Of a stretch of 64,000 nt of DNA, positions 9,711 through 19,273 are shown piece after piece; the first letter of the stretch is position 1, and every line of letters begins with the position of its first letter. Where the stretch lies: positions 517 through 64,516 of the forward strand of contig CAMCFB010000002.1 in assembly GCA_945874125.1 (NCBI GenBank), read 5' to 3'. This DNA comes from Verrucomicrobia subdivision 6 bacterium (GTDB taxonomy: Bacteria > Verrucomicrobiota > Verrucomicrobiia > Methylacidiphilales > Verrucolacustridaceae). Both the position numbers and the translations under genes were made by a program. Under the pieces are notes generated by a model. That model saw only the letters and a list, made by a program, of their open reading frames with translations, ran no database searches and had not been told where the DNA came from.

Positions 9711-11348
9711 CTATTTTCGCCCGATGGGCTGGTCTTGAGTTCGTATCTTATCTTTAAATAAAGTGGCGGGTCCTCCTGTGGCCATGGCTTTGCGGTAGGA
9801 CTCCACCGCCTCCGTATTTCTGCCCAGAGCGGCCAGAATATCGGCGTAGTGCTCCAGCAGGGTGGGATCATCCGAAACTTGTTCCAGCGCTTGGACCATG
9901 AGGGGCTCGGCCGACCCAGGATCCCCCATCTTGAAAAGTGCCCAGGCTAAGCTGTCGAGATAGGCCGGGTTGTTTGGATTAAGCTCAAGGGCGCGATCGA
10001 TGAGGGCCTTGGCCTCTTTGAGATTCTTGCCTCGTTCCGCCCACATGTACCCGAGGTAGTTCAGGGATTGGTGGTGGGCGGGATTGATCGATAGGGCGCG
10101 TTGTAGGGCAGCTTCCGACCGCTGGGGTTGCCCTGCCTGTTCACAGGCCGCTCCGTATTCGAAGTAGAATCCAGCGTCACAAACTTTTGGGTTCCCTCCG
10201 GCTAACCGTTCCACTTGGGCAAAGGAGGAGGCGGCTTCCGCCATGCGGTTCTCCGCTTTTTCGGCCAGACCGCGGACCAGTAAAAGTTGAAGAGAGTCAG
10301 GGTGGGCGAGGGATGCTTGGGCTAAAGTGGCATTGGTTCGGCGAACTTGATTCTGCTTGAGCTGATGAAGAGCCAGGCGTAGCGATTCGGAGAGGCCAGG
10401 CTTGGTGGAGGTGTGCAAAGCGAGGACACAGTAAATCTCGGCCCGCGCGGGCAGGTTCAGCTCTTCATAAAGATTGGCCATGACTGGGTAAAGGTTGCGG
10501 CGGTTGGGCTTCTCGATTTCCACCCGGCGAAGTAATTCATCCGCCTCAGAGGGTTGGTGATTAAGAATAAGGACAGCCGCCAGTTGCTCCAAAAACGATA
10601 CTTCTTCCGGACGCTCGTCCACAAATTCGCGAAAGTAGCGTATGGCGGTCGGAAGATCATCGGCAACGAGCGCGATCTCTGCCGCCCGTAGGGTCAATCC
10701 CCCCAAACCCGTATTCAGGTCGGCCGCACGCACAAAGGCAGGAAGGACCGAGGTGGCGATTTCACGTTGGGATTTGCGGGCCAGGGAAGTACCCGAACGT
10801 AGAAGGCCCTCGGCCACGCGGGCCAGACGAACGGGATCGTCTACATCCCAGCCAGCTAACGCGGTTAAAGCGTCCCGTTGGGCCAAGGCGGCGGCGGGGC
10901 CTTGTTTCTCTTGAATCAGGGCAAGGCAAAGCAGGGTCGAACGCTCCGCCTCATCTTGTGGAGATGAGGGGAGAGATTGCAGAATCGAAATGGCCTCCTT
11001 TCCCCGATAGAGATCGACGAGGCAAGCGGCTTTGGCCAAGGCGGCTTGGCGCGAGGCGGGGTCTGATTCGAGGGCGCGACTGTAGGCATGAAGAGCCAGA
11101 GAGGATAGGCCCAGAGCATCCGCACGCCGACCCTCGGCAAAGGATAGAGCTGAATCGACCCGATCACTGCGCGCCGGGTCAACGGCAAAAAGCGCAATGG
11201 GGAGAAGAGCAAGGAGGGCGCCGAACGCCCAAGGCTTACGTCTTGTACCGCAGGCGCTTCTTATGGCGGTTCGCGCGACTACGCTTGCGGCGTTTGTGCT
11301 TCGCGATTTTTGATTTCCGCTTCTTTTTGACTGATCCCATGCAGGCAT
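9711..11348 (-). CDS. exported TPR-repeat protein (start uncertain)
   Basis: LNYLGYMWAE, AYLDSLAWAL, LEHYADIL TPR motifs; signal h-region AFGALLALLPIALFA; nearest canonical start is ATG 11348. Confidence 0.85.
   Translation of the reverse strand: MPAWDQSKRSGNQKSRSTNAASVVARTAIRSACGTRRKPWAFGALLALLPIALFAVDPARSDRVDSALSFAEGRRADALGLSSLALHAYSRALESDPASRQAALAKAACLVDLYRGKEAISILQSLPSSPQDEAERSTLLCLALIQEKQGPAAALAQRDALTALAGWDVDDPVRLARVAEGLLRSGTSLARKSQREIATSVLPAFVRAADLNTGLGGLTLRAAEIALVADDLPTAIRYFREFVDERPEEVSFLEQLAAVLILNHQPSEADELLRRVEIEKPNRRNLYPVMANLYEELNLPARAEIYCVLALHTSTKPGLSESLRLALHQLKQNQVRRTNATLAQASLAHPDSLQLLLVRGLAEKAENRMAEAASSFAQVERLAGGNPKVCDAGFYFEYGAACEQAGQPQRSEAALQRALSINPAHHQSLNYLGYMWAERGKNLKEAKALIDRALELNPNNPAYLDSLAWALFKMGDPGSAEPLMVQALEQVSDDPTLLEHYADILAALGRNTEAVESYRKAMATGGPATLFKDKIRTQDQPIGRK
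11236..11340 (-). CDS. 34-aa basic protein, bS22 / AURKAIP1-COX24 (DUF1713)-like ribosomal protein
   Basis: Manual translation MGSVKKKRKSKIAKHKRRKRSRANRHKKRLRYKT*; resembles mycobacterial bS22 (MGSVIKKRRKRMSKKKHRK...); too short for the ORF track. Confidence 0.85.
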   Translation of the reverse strand: MGSVKKKRKSKIAKHKRRKRSRANRHKKRLRYKT

Positions 11349-11364
11349 CGTGGCGTTTGGAGGC

Positions 11365-12240
11365 TTAGCTGACAACCTTATTTAGCGGATATTCGATGAT
11401 ACCTTCTGCCCCGATCTGCTTTAAGCGGGGAATAATGGAACGCACGGTCTTTTCATCCATGACTGTCTCCACCGCCACCCAACCCTCACGGGCTAAGGCC
11501 GAGATGGTGGGATCCCGCAGGGAGGAAAGAGTGGCGTTGACGGCCCGAAGGCAACGGCGGGGTACATTCATTTTCAAACCCACCAGGTCGCGAGCTCGCA
11601 AGGCCCCCTCCAGCAGTAAGGCTAGATTTTGAATTCGAGTCCGGTCGGCCGCGTTCGACCAAACTTTTCGGTTCGCGATCAGTTGCGGGTAGGACTCCAG
11701 TATTGTATCGAGGATTCGCAGTCCATTCGCAATCAAGGATGAGCCCGTTTCGGTGATGTCGGCCACCGCATCGGCCAGTTCGGGGACTTTTACCTCGGTC
11801 GCACCCCAAGAAAACTCCACCTTGGCCTTGATCTTGTGTTGGGCGAGATATTGGCGAACGAGCCCGACCGCTTCCGTCGCGATCCGTTTGCCGCGGAGTT
11901 GGGAAGGACGACGAATGGGGGAGCGATTGGGGACGGCAATGACCCAGCGGGCGGGCTGAGCGGTCGCTTTACTGAATCGCAAAGTTGAGACGGTTTGAAC
12001 TTTTGCTTTGGTCTCCTGAATCCAGTCGTTACCGGTCAGGCCGAGATCAAGAAATCCATCTTGGACATAGGCGGCGATTTCTTGAGCGCGAAGGAGGCGA
12101 ACTTCGAAGTTTGGATCGTCGATGGAGGGGCGATAGGTGCGGGATGCACGGGAAATGGAGTAGCCCGCCCGACGAAATAGTTCGAGCGTCGCTTCCTGCA
12201 AACTTCCTGATGGAAGACCAATTCGGAGGGGTTTAGGCAC
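11365..12240 (-). CDS. hisG: ATP phosphoribosyltransferase (long form)
   Basis: [31 protein letters not shown]-terminal regulatory domain ending [12 protein letters not shown]. Confidence 0.96.
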   Translation of the reverse strand: MPKPLRIGLPSGSLQEATLELFRRAGYSISRASRTYRPSIDDPNFEVRLLRAQEIAAYVQDGFLDLGLTGNDWIQETKAKVQTVSTLRFSKATAQPARWVIAVPNRSPIRRPSQLRGKRIATEAVGLVRQYLAQHKIKAKVEFSWGATEVKVPELADAVADITETGSSLIANGLRILDTILESYPQLIANRKVWSNAADRTRIQNLALLLEGALRARDLVGLKMNVPRRCLRAVNATLSSLRDPTISALAREGWVAVETVMDEKTVRSIIPRLKQIGAEGIIEYPLNKVVS

Positions 12241-12320
12241 CAAGCCACCTTACCGAAGGGAGGAGGATGGATCAACCCGAGGTTCGGACTCGGAAAAAAG
12301 TAAGGGTGGGAAATTTGTGG

Positions 12321-13385
12321 TTAAGGAATGGCCGGCATTTGTTGCGTGATGCAGTGAATAGCTCCCAATCCTGCCACCAAATCTCGGCAGTCGATCCCGA
12401 CGACTTTACGGTCAGGAAAAAAGGGGCGAAGCCGATCCAGCACGATGGCATCGGTGGGAGAGGCAAAGGTTGGAACCAGCACGGCGGAGTTACCGATATA
12501 GAAATTGGCATGGCTAGCTGGATTGCGGTGATGAGGACCGTCGGAACGAGGGGGCATGGGCAGCTCGATGATCTGCAGTGGCTTGCCTTTGGCATCTTGG
12601 GCCGAGCGAAGGCGGGCGAGATTCTCTTGGAGGGGCGCGTGGTTGGCGTCTTTGGGGTCGGGCTCGACTACGGTTACGACCGTGCCTGGCGCAACAAAGC
12701 GAGTGATATCGTCGATGTGTCCGTCGGTATCGTCTCCCTCCAAGCCATCGTGGAGCCAAATCACTTTTTGAATGCCCAGCCACCGTGTGAGTCTTTCTTC
12801 AATATCGGTCCGACGGAGAGATGGGTTCCGGTTGGGGTTCAACAGGCACTGCTCGGTCGTCAGCAGGGTCCCTTGTCCGTCGGTATCCAAGGAGCCGCCT
12901 TCGAGAACAAAATCGTGCGTGACCCACGGAATGTCGAGCATCCGACAAGCGGCGGGAGGGATGACATCGTCTAGGTCCCACGGCCCATATTTTCGGCCCC
13001 AGCTATTAAAGATGAAATCGTGGGCAAGTCGCTGGGGCTGCTTGGCGTCGCGACGAAGGACGAAAATAGGGCCACTATCGCGAACCCAAGCATCGTCGCT
13101 CGGGATCGTTAAAATCTTCAGATTGGGGGAGCTAATCTTTTCGCGGGTGAGGCGTTCTTGAATCTGCGTAGCGGACGAACAATCTTTGGCCAAGAGATAG
13201 ACCTTCTCGCCCGGGAGCAGGGCTTGGATGATGTGCAGGTAAGTTTTTTCCACGCCTTCGAGAAGACCCGGCCAAGTCTCGGCATTATGGGGCCAAGCGA
13301 GAAAAGTAGCTTCGTGTTTTTCCCACTCTGCCGGAAGACGGTAGGCGGACCAATCGACACTCTCGCTGAGGATGGGTGCCTTCAA
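12321..13385 (-). CDS. aguA: agmatine deiminase
   Basis: LPAEWE, DAWVRDSGP, LEGGS, DDTDGHIDD, GAIHCITQQ; TTG start overlaps the aguB stop. Confidence 0.93.
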   Translation of the reverse strand: MKAPILSESVDWSAYRLPAEWEKHEATFLAWPHNAETWPGLLEGVEKTYLHIIQALLPGEKVYLLAKDCSSATQIQERLTREKISSPNLKILTIPSDDAWVRDSGPIFVLRRDAKQPQRLAHDFIFNSWGRKYGPWDLDDVIPPAACRMLDIPWVTHDFVLEGGSLDTDGQGTLLTTEQCLLNPNRNPSLRRTDIEERLTRWLGIQKVIWLHDGLEGDDTDGHIDDITRFVAPGTVVTVVEPDPKDANHAPLQENLARLRSAQDAKGKPLQIIELPMPPRSDGPHHRNPASHANFYIGNSAVLVPTFASPTDAIVLDRLRPFFPDRKVVGIDCRDLVAGLGAIHCITQQMPAIP

Positions 13386-14257
13386 GACCGGAGAAACCGT
13401 TGATCCAGTCCCGCGTAAGCATCTACTCGGCGATCCCTGAGAAAGGGCCAATGTTGGCGGGTCGTGGTGGTTTCCGACAGGTTGAGGCAAGCTAGCAGAA
13501 TCTGAGAGCGATGAGTGGATGCGACCTGGGTGACATGTCCAATCGGATTCGTGATGAAGGAGGTTCCCCAGAAATTCAGGTTTTTTTCGCGCCCGGTGCG
13601 ATTGATGGACAGGACAAAAAGACCGTTGGCAATGGCATGGCTTCGCTGGATCGTTTGCCAAGCACTTCGTTGGGTTTCGCAGACCGATTTTTTCTCGCCC
13701 CGCGCCCAACCGATGGCGGTGGGATAGATTAAGATTTGGGCGCCCCGCAAAGCCATTAAGCGGGCGGCCTCGGGATACCACTGATCCCAGCAAACCAAAA
13801 CCCCCAGACGACCGACAGGGGTGTCGATCGGTTGAAAACCGGTATCTCCTGGAGTGAAGTAAAACTTTTCGTTGAAGCCCGGGTCGTCCGGGATATGCAT
13901 TTTGCGGTACTTCCCGAGAATCTTTCCGGTCGGGCCGAAGACGACGGCCGTATTGTGGTAGAGGCCACCCGCCCGTTTTTCAAAAAGGCTGGCGACGAGA
14001 GTGATTTCATGTTTTTTGGATGCGGTCGCTAGAACTTCGGTGGTCGGGCCGGGGATCGTCTCGGCGAGTTGGAAGCTTTTATAATTCTGCTTTTGGCAAA
14101 AGTAGAGCGATCGAAACAGCTCCGGCAAACAGATCAGCTTCGCCCCTTTCCGCGCAGCCGTCGCGATGTGCGCTAAGGCAACGCGCAGGTTGGCCTCAGG
14201 ATCGGCCGTGCAGGACATTTGAATCAGTGCAACGGGGAGACTTTTCGATTGGGCCAT
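13382..14257 (-). CDS. aguB: N-carbamoylputrescine amidase (carbon-nitrogen hydrolase)
   Basis: CLPELF, YRKMHIPDDPGFNEKFYFTPGD, VCWDQWYPEAAR, WPFLRDRR; adjacent to aguA. Confidence 0.92.
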   Translation of the reverse strand: MAQSKSLPVALIQMSCTADPEANLRVALAHIATAARKGAKLICLPELFRSLYFCQKQNYKSFQLAETIPGPTTEVLATASKKHEITLVASLFEKRAGGLYHNTAVVFGPTGKILGKYRKMHIPDDPGFNEKFYFTPGDTGFQPIDTPVGRLGVLVCWDQWYPEAARLMALRGAQILIYPTAIGWARGEKKSVCETQRSAWQTIQRSHAIANGLFVLSINRTGREKNLNFWGTSFITNPIGHVTQVASTHRSQILLACLNLSETTTTRQHWPFLRDRRVDAYAGLDQRFLRS

Positions 14258-14266
14258 AGGATTTGC

Positions 14267-14704
14267 TCAGCGCAGGGCGACAGGTGGAGCGAGAATTTCT
14301 GCCAGAACAATTGCCTCTGGCCATGAATGAGAACGTTTCCCCCACCGCCGAGGAGAGGTAGCCACATCCCAGTTTTCCGCAGTGGAGAGGGGGGCTTGGG
14401 CGCGCAAGCGAGGCAGGGGAAGCGGGGAGGGAACCTGCGGGGCGAGGGCGAAAGCGGTCTCGATGGGTGGAAGAATCCGCGGGGGTGGGGCTTTCTCAAG
14501 CTGCGGGGGCGGCGGGGGCGATTCGTGCCGCCTTCGCCCAAGGGCCTCGAGCAGGTCGCCAAACTCATCCAGTGGATCACCAGAGGGTGGTGGATTTGGT
14601 GGGTACGCTTCGGGAGCCGAGTTGGGGGAATTCGCGACACGGCGCTTGGCCCACCACTGAAATAGGCTAACCAGAACGAAAAGAATTGGAACGAGCCATT
14701 CCAC
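14267..14704 (-). CDS. Pro-rich membrane-anchored hypothetical protein (YqfB-like position after floA)
   Basis: N-terminal TM; C-terminal AIVLAEILAPPVALR motif typical of floA-associated genes. Confidence 0.7.
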   Translation of the reverse strand: MEWLVPILFVLVSLFQWWAKRRVANSPNSAPEAYPPNPPPSGDPLDEFGDLLEALGRRRHESPPPPPQLEKAPPPRILPPIETAFALAPQVPSPLPLPRLRAQAPLSTAENWDVATSPRRWGKRSHSWPEAIVLAEILAPPVALR

Positions 14705-14715
14705 GGCAAGGAGAC

Positions 14716-15699
14716 TTATTTGGTGGGTGGCTTACCCGCGTCTTTGGCGATGGAGGCTCGCATATCGGTGTCGGCCGAAACGTTGCGAATCTTCTGGTAG
14801 TCCATAATGCCGAGGTTGCCTTTTCGAAAAGCTTCGGCCATGGCCAAGGGGACTTGTGCCTCTGCTTCCACTACTTTGGCACGCATCTCTTGTTCGGCCG
14901 CGACGGCGGCGGCTCGACGCATTTCCGCCTTGGCCTGAGCGACCTGTTTATCGGCGTCCGCTTGCTCGGCTTGTAACTTGGCACCGATATTGGTGCCCAC
15001 TCCGACATCGGCGATATCGATCGAAAGAATTTCGTAAGCCGTCCCTGCATCCAGGCCGCGATTGAGAACGTCTTTGGAGATATCCTGCGGGTTCTCTAAA
15101 ACTCCTTTGTAAGTCTCTTTGGAACCGATGGCGCGGACGATACCTTCGCCCACGCGGGCAATAATGGTTTCTTCGGTGGCTCCCCCAACAAAACGATCCA
15201 AATTCGAGCGAACGGTGACGCGAGCGCGAGCTCTCACCGTAATCCCATCCTTGGCGACCCCATCAATGGTGCCTTTGCCGGAATCGGTGCCTGGGCAGTC
15301 GATGACCCGGGGATTCACACTGGTGCGGACCGCGTCGAAGACCGTTTTGCCCGACCCTGAGGTGGCCAGATCGATGGCGCAGCAGCGGTTGAAATCCAGC
15401 TTAATTCCCGCTTTGTCGGCGGCAATAAGGGCACGAATCACCTGGTCAACGCTCCCACCCGCGAGGTAGTGAGTTTCGAGTTGTGCGGTCGAAACTTCGA
15501 TCCCAGCGCGAACCGCGGTAATGCGGGCATTGACGATGAGCGAGTTGGGAATTCCGCGAAGACGCATGGCGATCAGGGTGGGGATGCCCACAGGAGCGCC
15601 CGAAGTAAGGGCTCGAAGCCAAAGACCGAAAAAATTGATAAGGACTACGGCAAAGACCAAACCAACGACCGCAACCGCGATAAGGAGAATTATAGGCAT
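14716..15699 (-). CDS. floA: flotillin-like protein FloA (YqfA)
   Basis: [64 protein letters not shown]. Confidence 0.95.
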   Translation of the reverse strand: MPIILLIAVAVVGLVFAVVLINFFGLWLRALTSGAPVGIPTLIAMRLRGIPNSLIVNARITAVRAGIEVSTAQLETHYLAGGSVDQVIRALIAADKAGIKLDFNRCCAIDLATSGSGKTVFDAVRTSVNPRVIDCPGTDSGKGTIDGVAKDGITVRARARVTVRSNLDRFVGGATEETIIARVGEGIVRAIGSKETYKGVLENPQDISKDVLNRGLDAGTAYEILSIDIADVGVGTNIGAKLQAEQADADKQVAQAKAEMRRAAAVAAEQEMRAKVVEAEAQVPLAMAEAFRKGNLGIMDYQKIRNVSADTDMRASIAKDAGKPPTK

Positions 15700-15752
15700 C
15701 AGAGAATCGTAGGGGAAAAGTAAGGATCGGGAAATGAAATATCGAATCGGCC

Positions 15753-17240
15753 TTACGCCTTCTTTTTTCCTGGCCGTTTTCTGGGGGTGGCGATGGCTTT
15801 GACAAAAATGGTGGCTCCTTCGATCTGGTCGATCTGGACCCTGCTTCCTTGGGGAATGAACTGGCCTTCCGCCAGAACATCGAATGTCTTTCCTTGAAAT
15901 TCGGCCGTGCCACTTGGGCGGAGATCGGTCAAAGCCTTGCCTTGGGTGTTGGGTTCGAGCGAAGGTTCGAACAGGTCGGCCCCAGCGGGAGAGCTGACAC
16001 TTAATCGAAAGGGACGAAAAAGGGCAGTTTCCGGCAAAAAGCGAGCCGCCAATAAAATGGCAGCTAAGCCGCCAAAGAACCCAACGGCTAAGTTCAGCGC
16101 AGGAGCGTTTAACTGGGTCAAGGTGGGCAGGGCGGGGTCAGACGGATATCGATCCACCATGGTGTTCAAGGCCGCGAAAAGAATTAAGGCCAGACCCAGC
16201 AGGCCCGGAACAAAGGTTCCGGGAAAAACGAAAAGCTCGGTGATGAGAAGAGCGAGGCCCAAAAGTAAAAGAAGGGTGTTTTCGTAACCGGATAAGCCCG
16301 CAATGTAGTGACCAAAGAGAAAGACAAAGGCACAAATTCCACACAAGACTCCAAAGAGGCCGAAGCCGGGAGTTTTGAATTCGAGATATCCGAAGAGGAA
16401 GGCGGCACTTAGGAGGATGGGGGAAATCGTGATAATCCAGCGGCTGATGCTCTCAAAACCGGTTGGCTGGATGCGCACAACGGTTGCGCCAGGTTGGATT
16501 GTTTTCTCGATCAGAGATTCCAGGTTCGGAGCAACTCCCGCGGCCAGGAGAGGTCGGGCAGGGGATCCAAAACGTCGCGTCGCCTCTTGCGTGGTGAGAG
16601 TAAGAATATCTCCTTTGGCCACAATTTCTTGGCCATCAAGTTTGAGGCCGATCTGCTTATTGACCATGGCATCGAAGACGGCGGGGTTGTGACCATTTTG
16701 CTCGGCGGCAGCGCGGATCAAGGCGGCGTAGCCTGAGACAAACTTGGGCGGAAGTTCCTTGGGGCCTTCTTGGCCTAAAGTCACGGGGGAAGCGGCTCCA
16801 ATGATTGCACCGGGAGCCATCCAGATATGTCGAGTGGCGGCGGAGATGAATGCCCCCGCGGAGAAAGCCTCCTTGTCGACATAGGTGTAGGTCCGGTCAG
16901 CGGGTTCAAATTTAGCCACGGTGGCCATGACTTCTTTCATGGCCTCCCCTTCACCCCCGGGGGTGTCCATATCGAGGACAAGGGCACTGGCCTTGGCCTC
17001 GAGGGCGGCTTTGACGCCCCGACGGACGACGTAGACCGTTCCTTTTTGAATCTCGCCTTGGATGGGCAGGACATAGACGGGCCCAGGGGTAGGCGCAGAT
17101 TCGGACCGGCCAAGGGTGGGGAAGGCGAGGAGGGCGACGAGGAGGCAGATGAACAGCGTGCGCGCTGAAGGATTTGAACCTCCGACCAACTGCGTGTAAA
17201 GCAGCCGCTCTACCCCTGAGCTAAGCGCGCGAAGTATCAT
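15753..17240 (-). CDS. nfeD: NfeD-family membrane-bound ClpP-like serine protease
   Basis: [29 protein letters not shown]-terminal TDLRPSG; N-terminus overlaps tRNA-Val. Confidence 0.9.
   Translation of the reverse strand: MILRALSSGVERLLYTQLVGGSNPSARTLFICLLVALLAFPTLGRSESAPTPGPVYVLPIQGEIQKGTVYVVRRGVKAALEAKASALVLDMDTPGGEGEAMKEVMATVAKFEPADRTYTYVDKEAFSAGAFISAATRHIWMAPGAIIGAASPVTLGQEGPKELPPKFVSGYAALIRAAAEQNGHNPAVFDAMVNKQIGLKLDGQEIVAKGDILTLTTQEATRRFGSPARPLLAAGVAPNLESLIEKTIQPGATVVRIQPTGFESISRWIITISPILLSAAFLFGYLEFKTPGFGLFGVLCGICAFVFLFGHYIAGLSGYENTLLLLLGLALLITELFVFPGTFVPGLLGLALILFAALNTMVDRYPSDPALPTLTQLNAPALNLAVGFFGGLAAILLAARFLPETALFRPFRLSVSSPAGADLFEPSLEPNTQGKALTDLRPSGTAEFQGKTFDVLAEGQFIPQGSRVQIDQIEGATIFVKAIATPRKRPGKKKA
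17159..17230 (-). tRNA. tRNA-Val(TAC), CCA not encoded
   Basis: GCGCGCT/AGCGCGC acceptor stem, TAGCTCAG..GGTAGAGC D arm, CTGC-TTTACAC-GCAG anticodon arm, GGAGGTTCAAATCCTTC T arm. Confidence 0.95.
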
Positions 17241-17245
17241 TCGGA

Positions 17246-17274
17246 ATCGTACTTGAATTCTTCACGGATAACAA
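17246..17274 (-). promoter_or_regulatory. sigma70-type promoter for tRNA-Val/nfeD
   Basis: TTGTTA-17 nt-TACGAT, ending 5 nt before ATG 17240. Confidence 0.6.
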
Positions 17275-17582
17275 ACCACCTGCCAGACCAGATGGTCCCC
17301 GTGGGAAAAGCAGACGACGGCGGTGGTGTAGTACTGATCCCGCTCGGCGACCTCAATTAACAAGTGGTTATAGATCCAGTCGAACCCTTGCTGGTGGTTC
17401 GGCGATCGGCCGAAGAAGTTGATCACCCCAATTTTGTTTTGGCCCACGAGAAGTTCGTGAAGTTGCTGGGGGGTGTAGGGGGCGGCTCCCCCTTGAAAGC
17501 CAATGTCCTGTGAAAACAGTTGGACCGGAAGTAGCGTGGTCATGACTCCAAAAAACAGAAAGAGGGCTCCGCGAGTTATCAC
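17262..17582 (-). CDS. small exported hypothetical protein
   Basis: Signal-peptide-like N-terminus; fills an intergenic gap; GATAAT 6 nt before the GTG. Confidence 0.6.
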   Translation of the reverse strand: MITRGALFLFFGVMTTLLPVQLFSQDIGFQGGAAPYTPQQLHELLVGQNKIGVINFFGRSPNHQQGFDWIYNHLLIEVAERDQYYTTAVVCFSHGDHLVWQVVCYP

Positions 17583-17647
17583 TCTTTGATTATCGGAGGT
17601 TCTGGATAAAGCGCCAGCCCCGCCTTGACCGCGCTTGGAAAAATCCT

Positions 17648-18487
17648 ATGGCTAATCGGGTGAAGTTTTCTCTTCCCGTGGTCATGCTTTTCGCCTTGCT
17701 GGGGGTGGCGAGTCGTTTGCCGGCGGAGGAATCGGACGCAGAAAAACGGTTGTTTGCCAAAGGGCCAGCCCCGGCCAAGGGAGAAAATGGAAAGTGGGGG
17801 TTTCGGGCACCGGACGGCAGTTGGGCGGTGGAGGCGAAGTATCTTGAGGTTCAGCCGTTTCAAGCCGACTTGGCCGCGGTGCGGGAAAAGGAGACCTGGG
17901 GCTATATTGATGCCACGGGGAATTGGAAAATTCCCGCGCGTTTCTCGTGGGCGGGAGAGTTTTCGGAAAATCTTGCGCCTGCTTCGGAAGGCGATCGGCT
18001 GACGGGTAAGTTTGGGTATATCGATCGTCAAGGTCGCTGGGCCATTGAACCAGAATATGATTGGGCTCGTCCTTTTCAGGGTGGGCATGGGGCGGTGAAA
18101 GATGGATCGAAGTGGGGCTTCGTCGACGGCAAGGGGAAGTTGGTCGTGGAGGCGGATTTTGACCAAGTGGGAGGTTTTTCTGAGGGATTGGCTCCTGTGC
18201 AAAAAAGCGGCCCCCCGGGGGATAAAAAAACTTGGATTTATATTTCGCCCGACGGGAAAAGTGCGTTTGAAACCAAGTTTGCTTGGGCGGGGGATTTTTC
18301 CGAGGGATTGGCCCGAGTTCAGCTCGACGATCGAATTCTGGGAAAATTTGGTTACATCAATACCAAGGGCGACCTGACCATTCCTCCTGAATTTGATGAG
18401 GCAACCAACTTTCAAAATGGCCATGCGACGGTGCGAGTTGGAAATCAGACTCGGTCGATCGACACCAAAGGGAAAGCGCGGGAATAG
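17648..18487 (+). CDS. WG-repeat-containing exported protein
   Basis: Signal peptide; repeated KWGF/WGYID/GKFGYI..G and FSEGLA motifs. Confidence 0.9.
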   Translation: MANRVKFSLPVVMLFALLGVASRLPAEESDAEKRLFAKGPAPAKGENGKWGFRAPDGSWAVEAKYLEVQPFQADLAAVREKETWGYIDATGNWKIPARFSWAGEFSENLAPASEGDRLTGKFGYIDRQGRWAIEPEYDWARPFQGGHGAVKDGSKWGFVDGKGKLVVEADFDQVGGFSEGLAPVQKSGPPGDKKTWIYISPDGKSAFETKFAWAGDFSEGLARVQLDDRILGKFGYINTKGDLTIPPEFDEATNFQNGHATVRVGNQTRSIDTKGKARE

Positions 18488-18539
18488 TTCGAATTCGGAG
18501 AACTCTTGTCATTTTCCTAAAGGCGGGATAAATCGTGTC

Positions 18540-18740
18540 ATGGTTTTAACCGCGATGACATTAGGGGCTGTCGGCACGGTGGCGGTGGCCGCCCAGCTGT
18601 TCAAGCATCGCAAAGACATCCCTCATTTTCCTTTGTGGGTTGGGTTTGGCTTAACCGTCCTTATTCCATCCGTCCTGATCGTATTTGTCATTGAGCTGAT
18701 GGCCCTTTTTGCGTGGAACCCACTGATTTGGATGGAGTAA
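18540..18740 (+). CDS. small two-TM hypothetical membrane protein
   Basis: 66-aa ORF from ATG 18540 with two hydrophobic segments, filling a gap. Confidence 0.55.
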   Translation: MVLTAMTLGAVGTVAVAAQLFKHRKDIPHFPLWVGFGLTVLIPSVLIVFVIELMALFAWNPLIWME

Positions 18741-18783
18741 GGACTATTTTTTAGCAGTTTCAGGGGGGGGGCGGGTTCGGGGA

Positions 18784-18812
18784 TTGTCAGGTCTAAGGTG
18801 GGGTCGTATGGT
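18784..18812 (+). promoter_or_regulatory. rnpB promoter
   Basis: TTGTCA-17 nt-TATGGT, 6 nt before the RNA 5' end. Confidence 0.65.
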
Positions 18813-18818
18813 TAATTT

Positions 18819-19222
18819 GGAATCAGGGCAGTCGCCCTCAGCTTGTCTGGGGGAGGAAAGTCCGGACACCACAGGATAATCCGCCCCGGGAAAGCTGGGG
18901 GCAGTCTTGGCGTAAGTTGAGATTGACGGAAAGTGTCACAGAAAAAATACCGCCTGGCGCAAGCTAGGTAAGGGTGAAAAGGCGGGGTAAGAGCCCACCG
19001 CTCTTGGGGCAACCCAAGAGAATGACAAACCACGGATGGTGCAAGGCCGAGCAGGGAGATGGGTGATCCGCCCGTTGCGCGCAAGTGCGACACTCCCGGG
19101 TTGGAGCCGCATCGGAACGGTGGCAACACCGGTTCGAAACTCGCCTTCGGGTGGGTTAGAGAAATGGCTGCCAGTTCATCGGGGAAACTTGATGAACCAC
19201 AGAATCCGGCTTACGGGTTCCA
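18819..19222 (+). ncRNA. rnpB: RNase P RNA (type A)
   Basis: GAGGAAAGTCCGGAC, AGTGTCACAGAAA, GGGTGAAA..GGTAAGAGC, ACAGAATCCGGCTTAC; GGAATC/GGTTCC closing stem. Confidence 0.96.
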
Positions 19223-19228
19223 CAGGAA

Positions 19229-19270
19229 CGAGGGCCGGGTGGCGTAAAGGCCACTCGGCCTTCGCCTTTT
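19229..19270 (+). terminator. intrinsic terminator after rnpB (possibly bidirectional)
   Basis: Stem CGAGGGCCGGGTGGC / GCCACTCGGCCTTCG followed by CCTTTT, between convergent genes. Confidence 0.7.
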
Positions 19271-19273
19271 CGG

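Noticed and set aside
12267-12974. 235-aa plus-strand ORF
   Set aside because: Antisense shadow of aguA.
13386-13793. Long N-terminal extension of the aguA ORF
   Set aside because: Overlaps aguB in another frame; the TTG at 13385 overlapping the aguB stop is the more plausible start.
17579-18424. 281-aa minus-strand ORF
   Set aside because: Shadow of the WG-repeat gene.
17760-18440. Repetitive sequence as a possible CRISPR or DNA repeat
   Set aside because: The repeats are protein-level WG repeats, degenerate in DNA; no cas genes.
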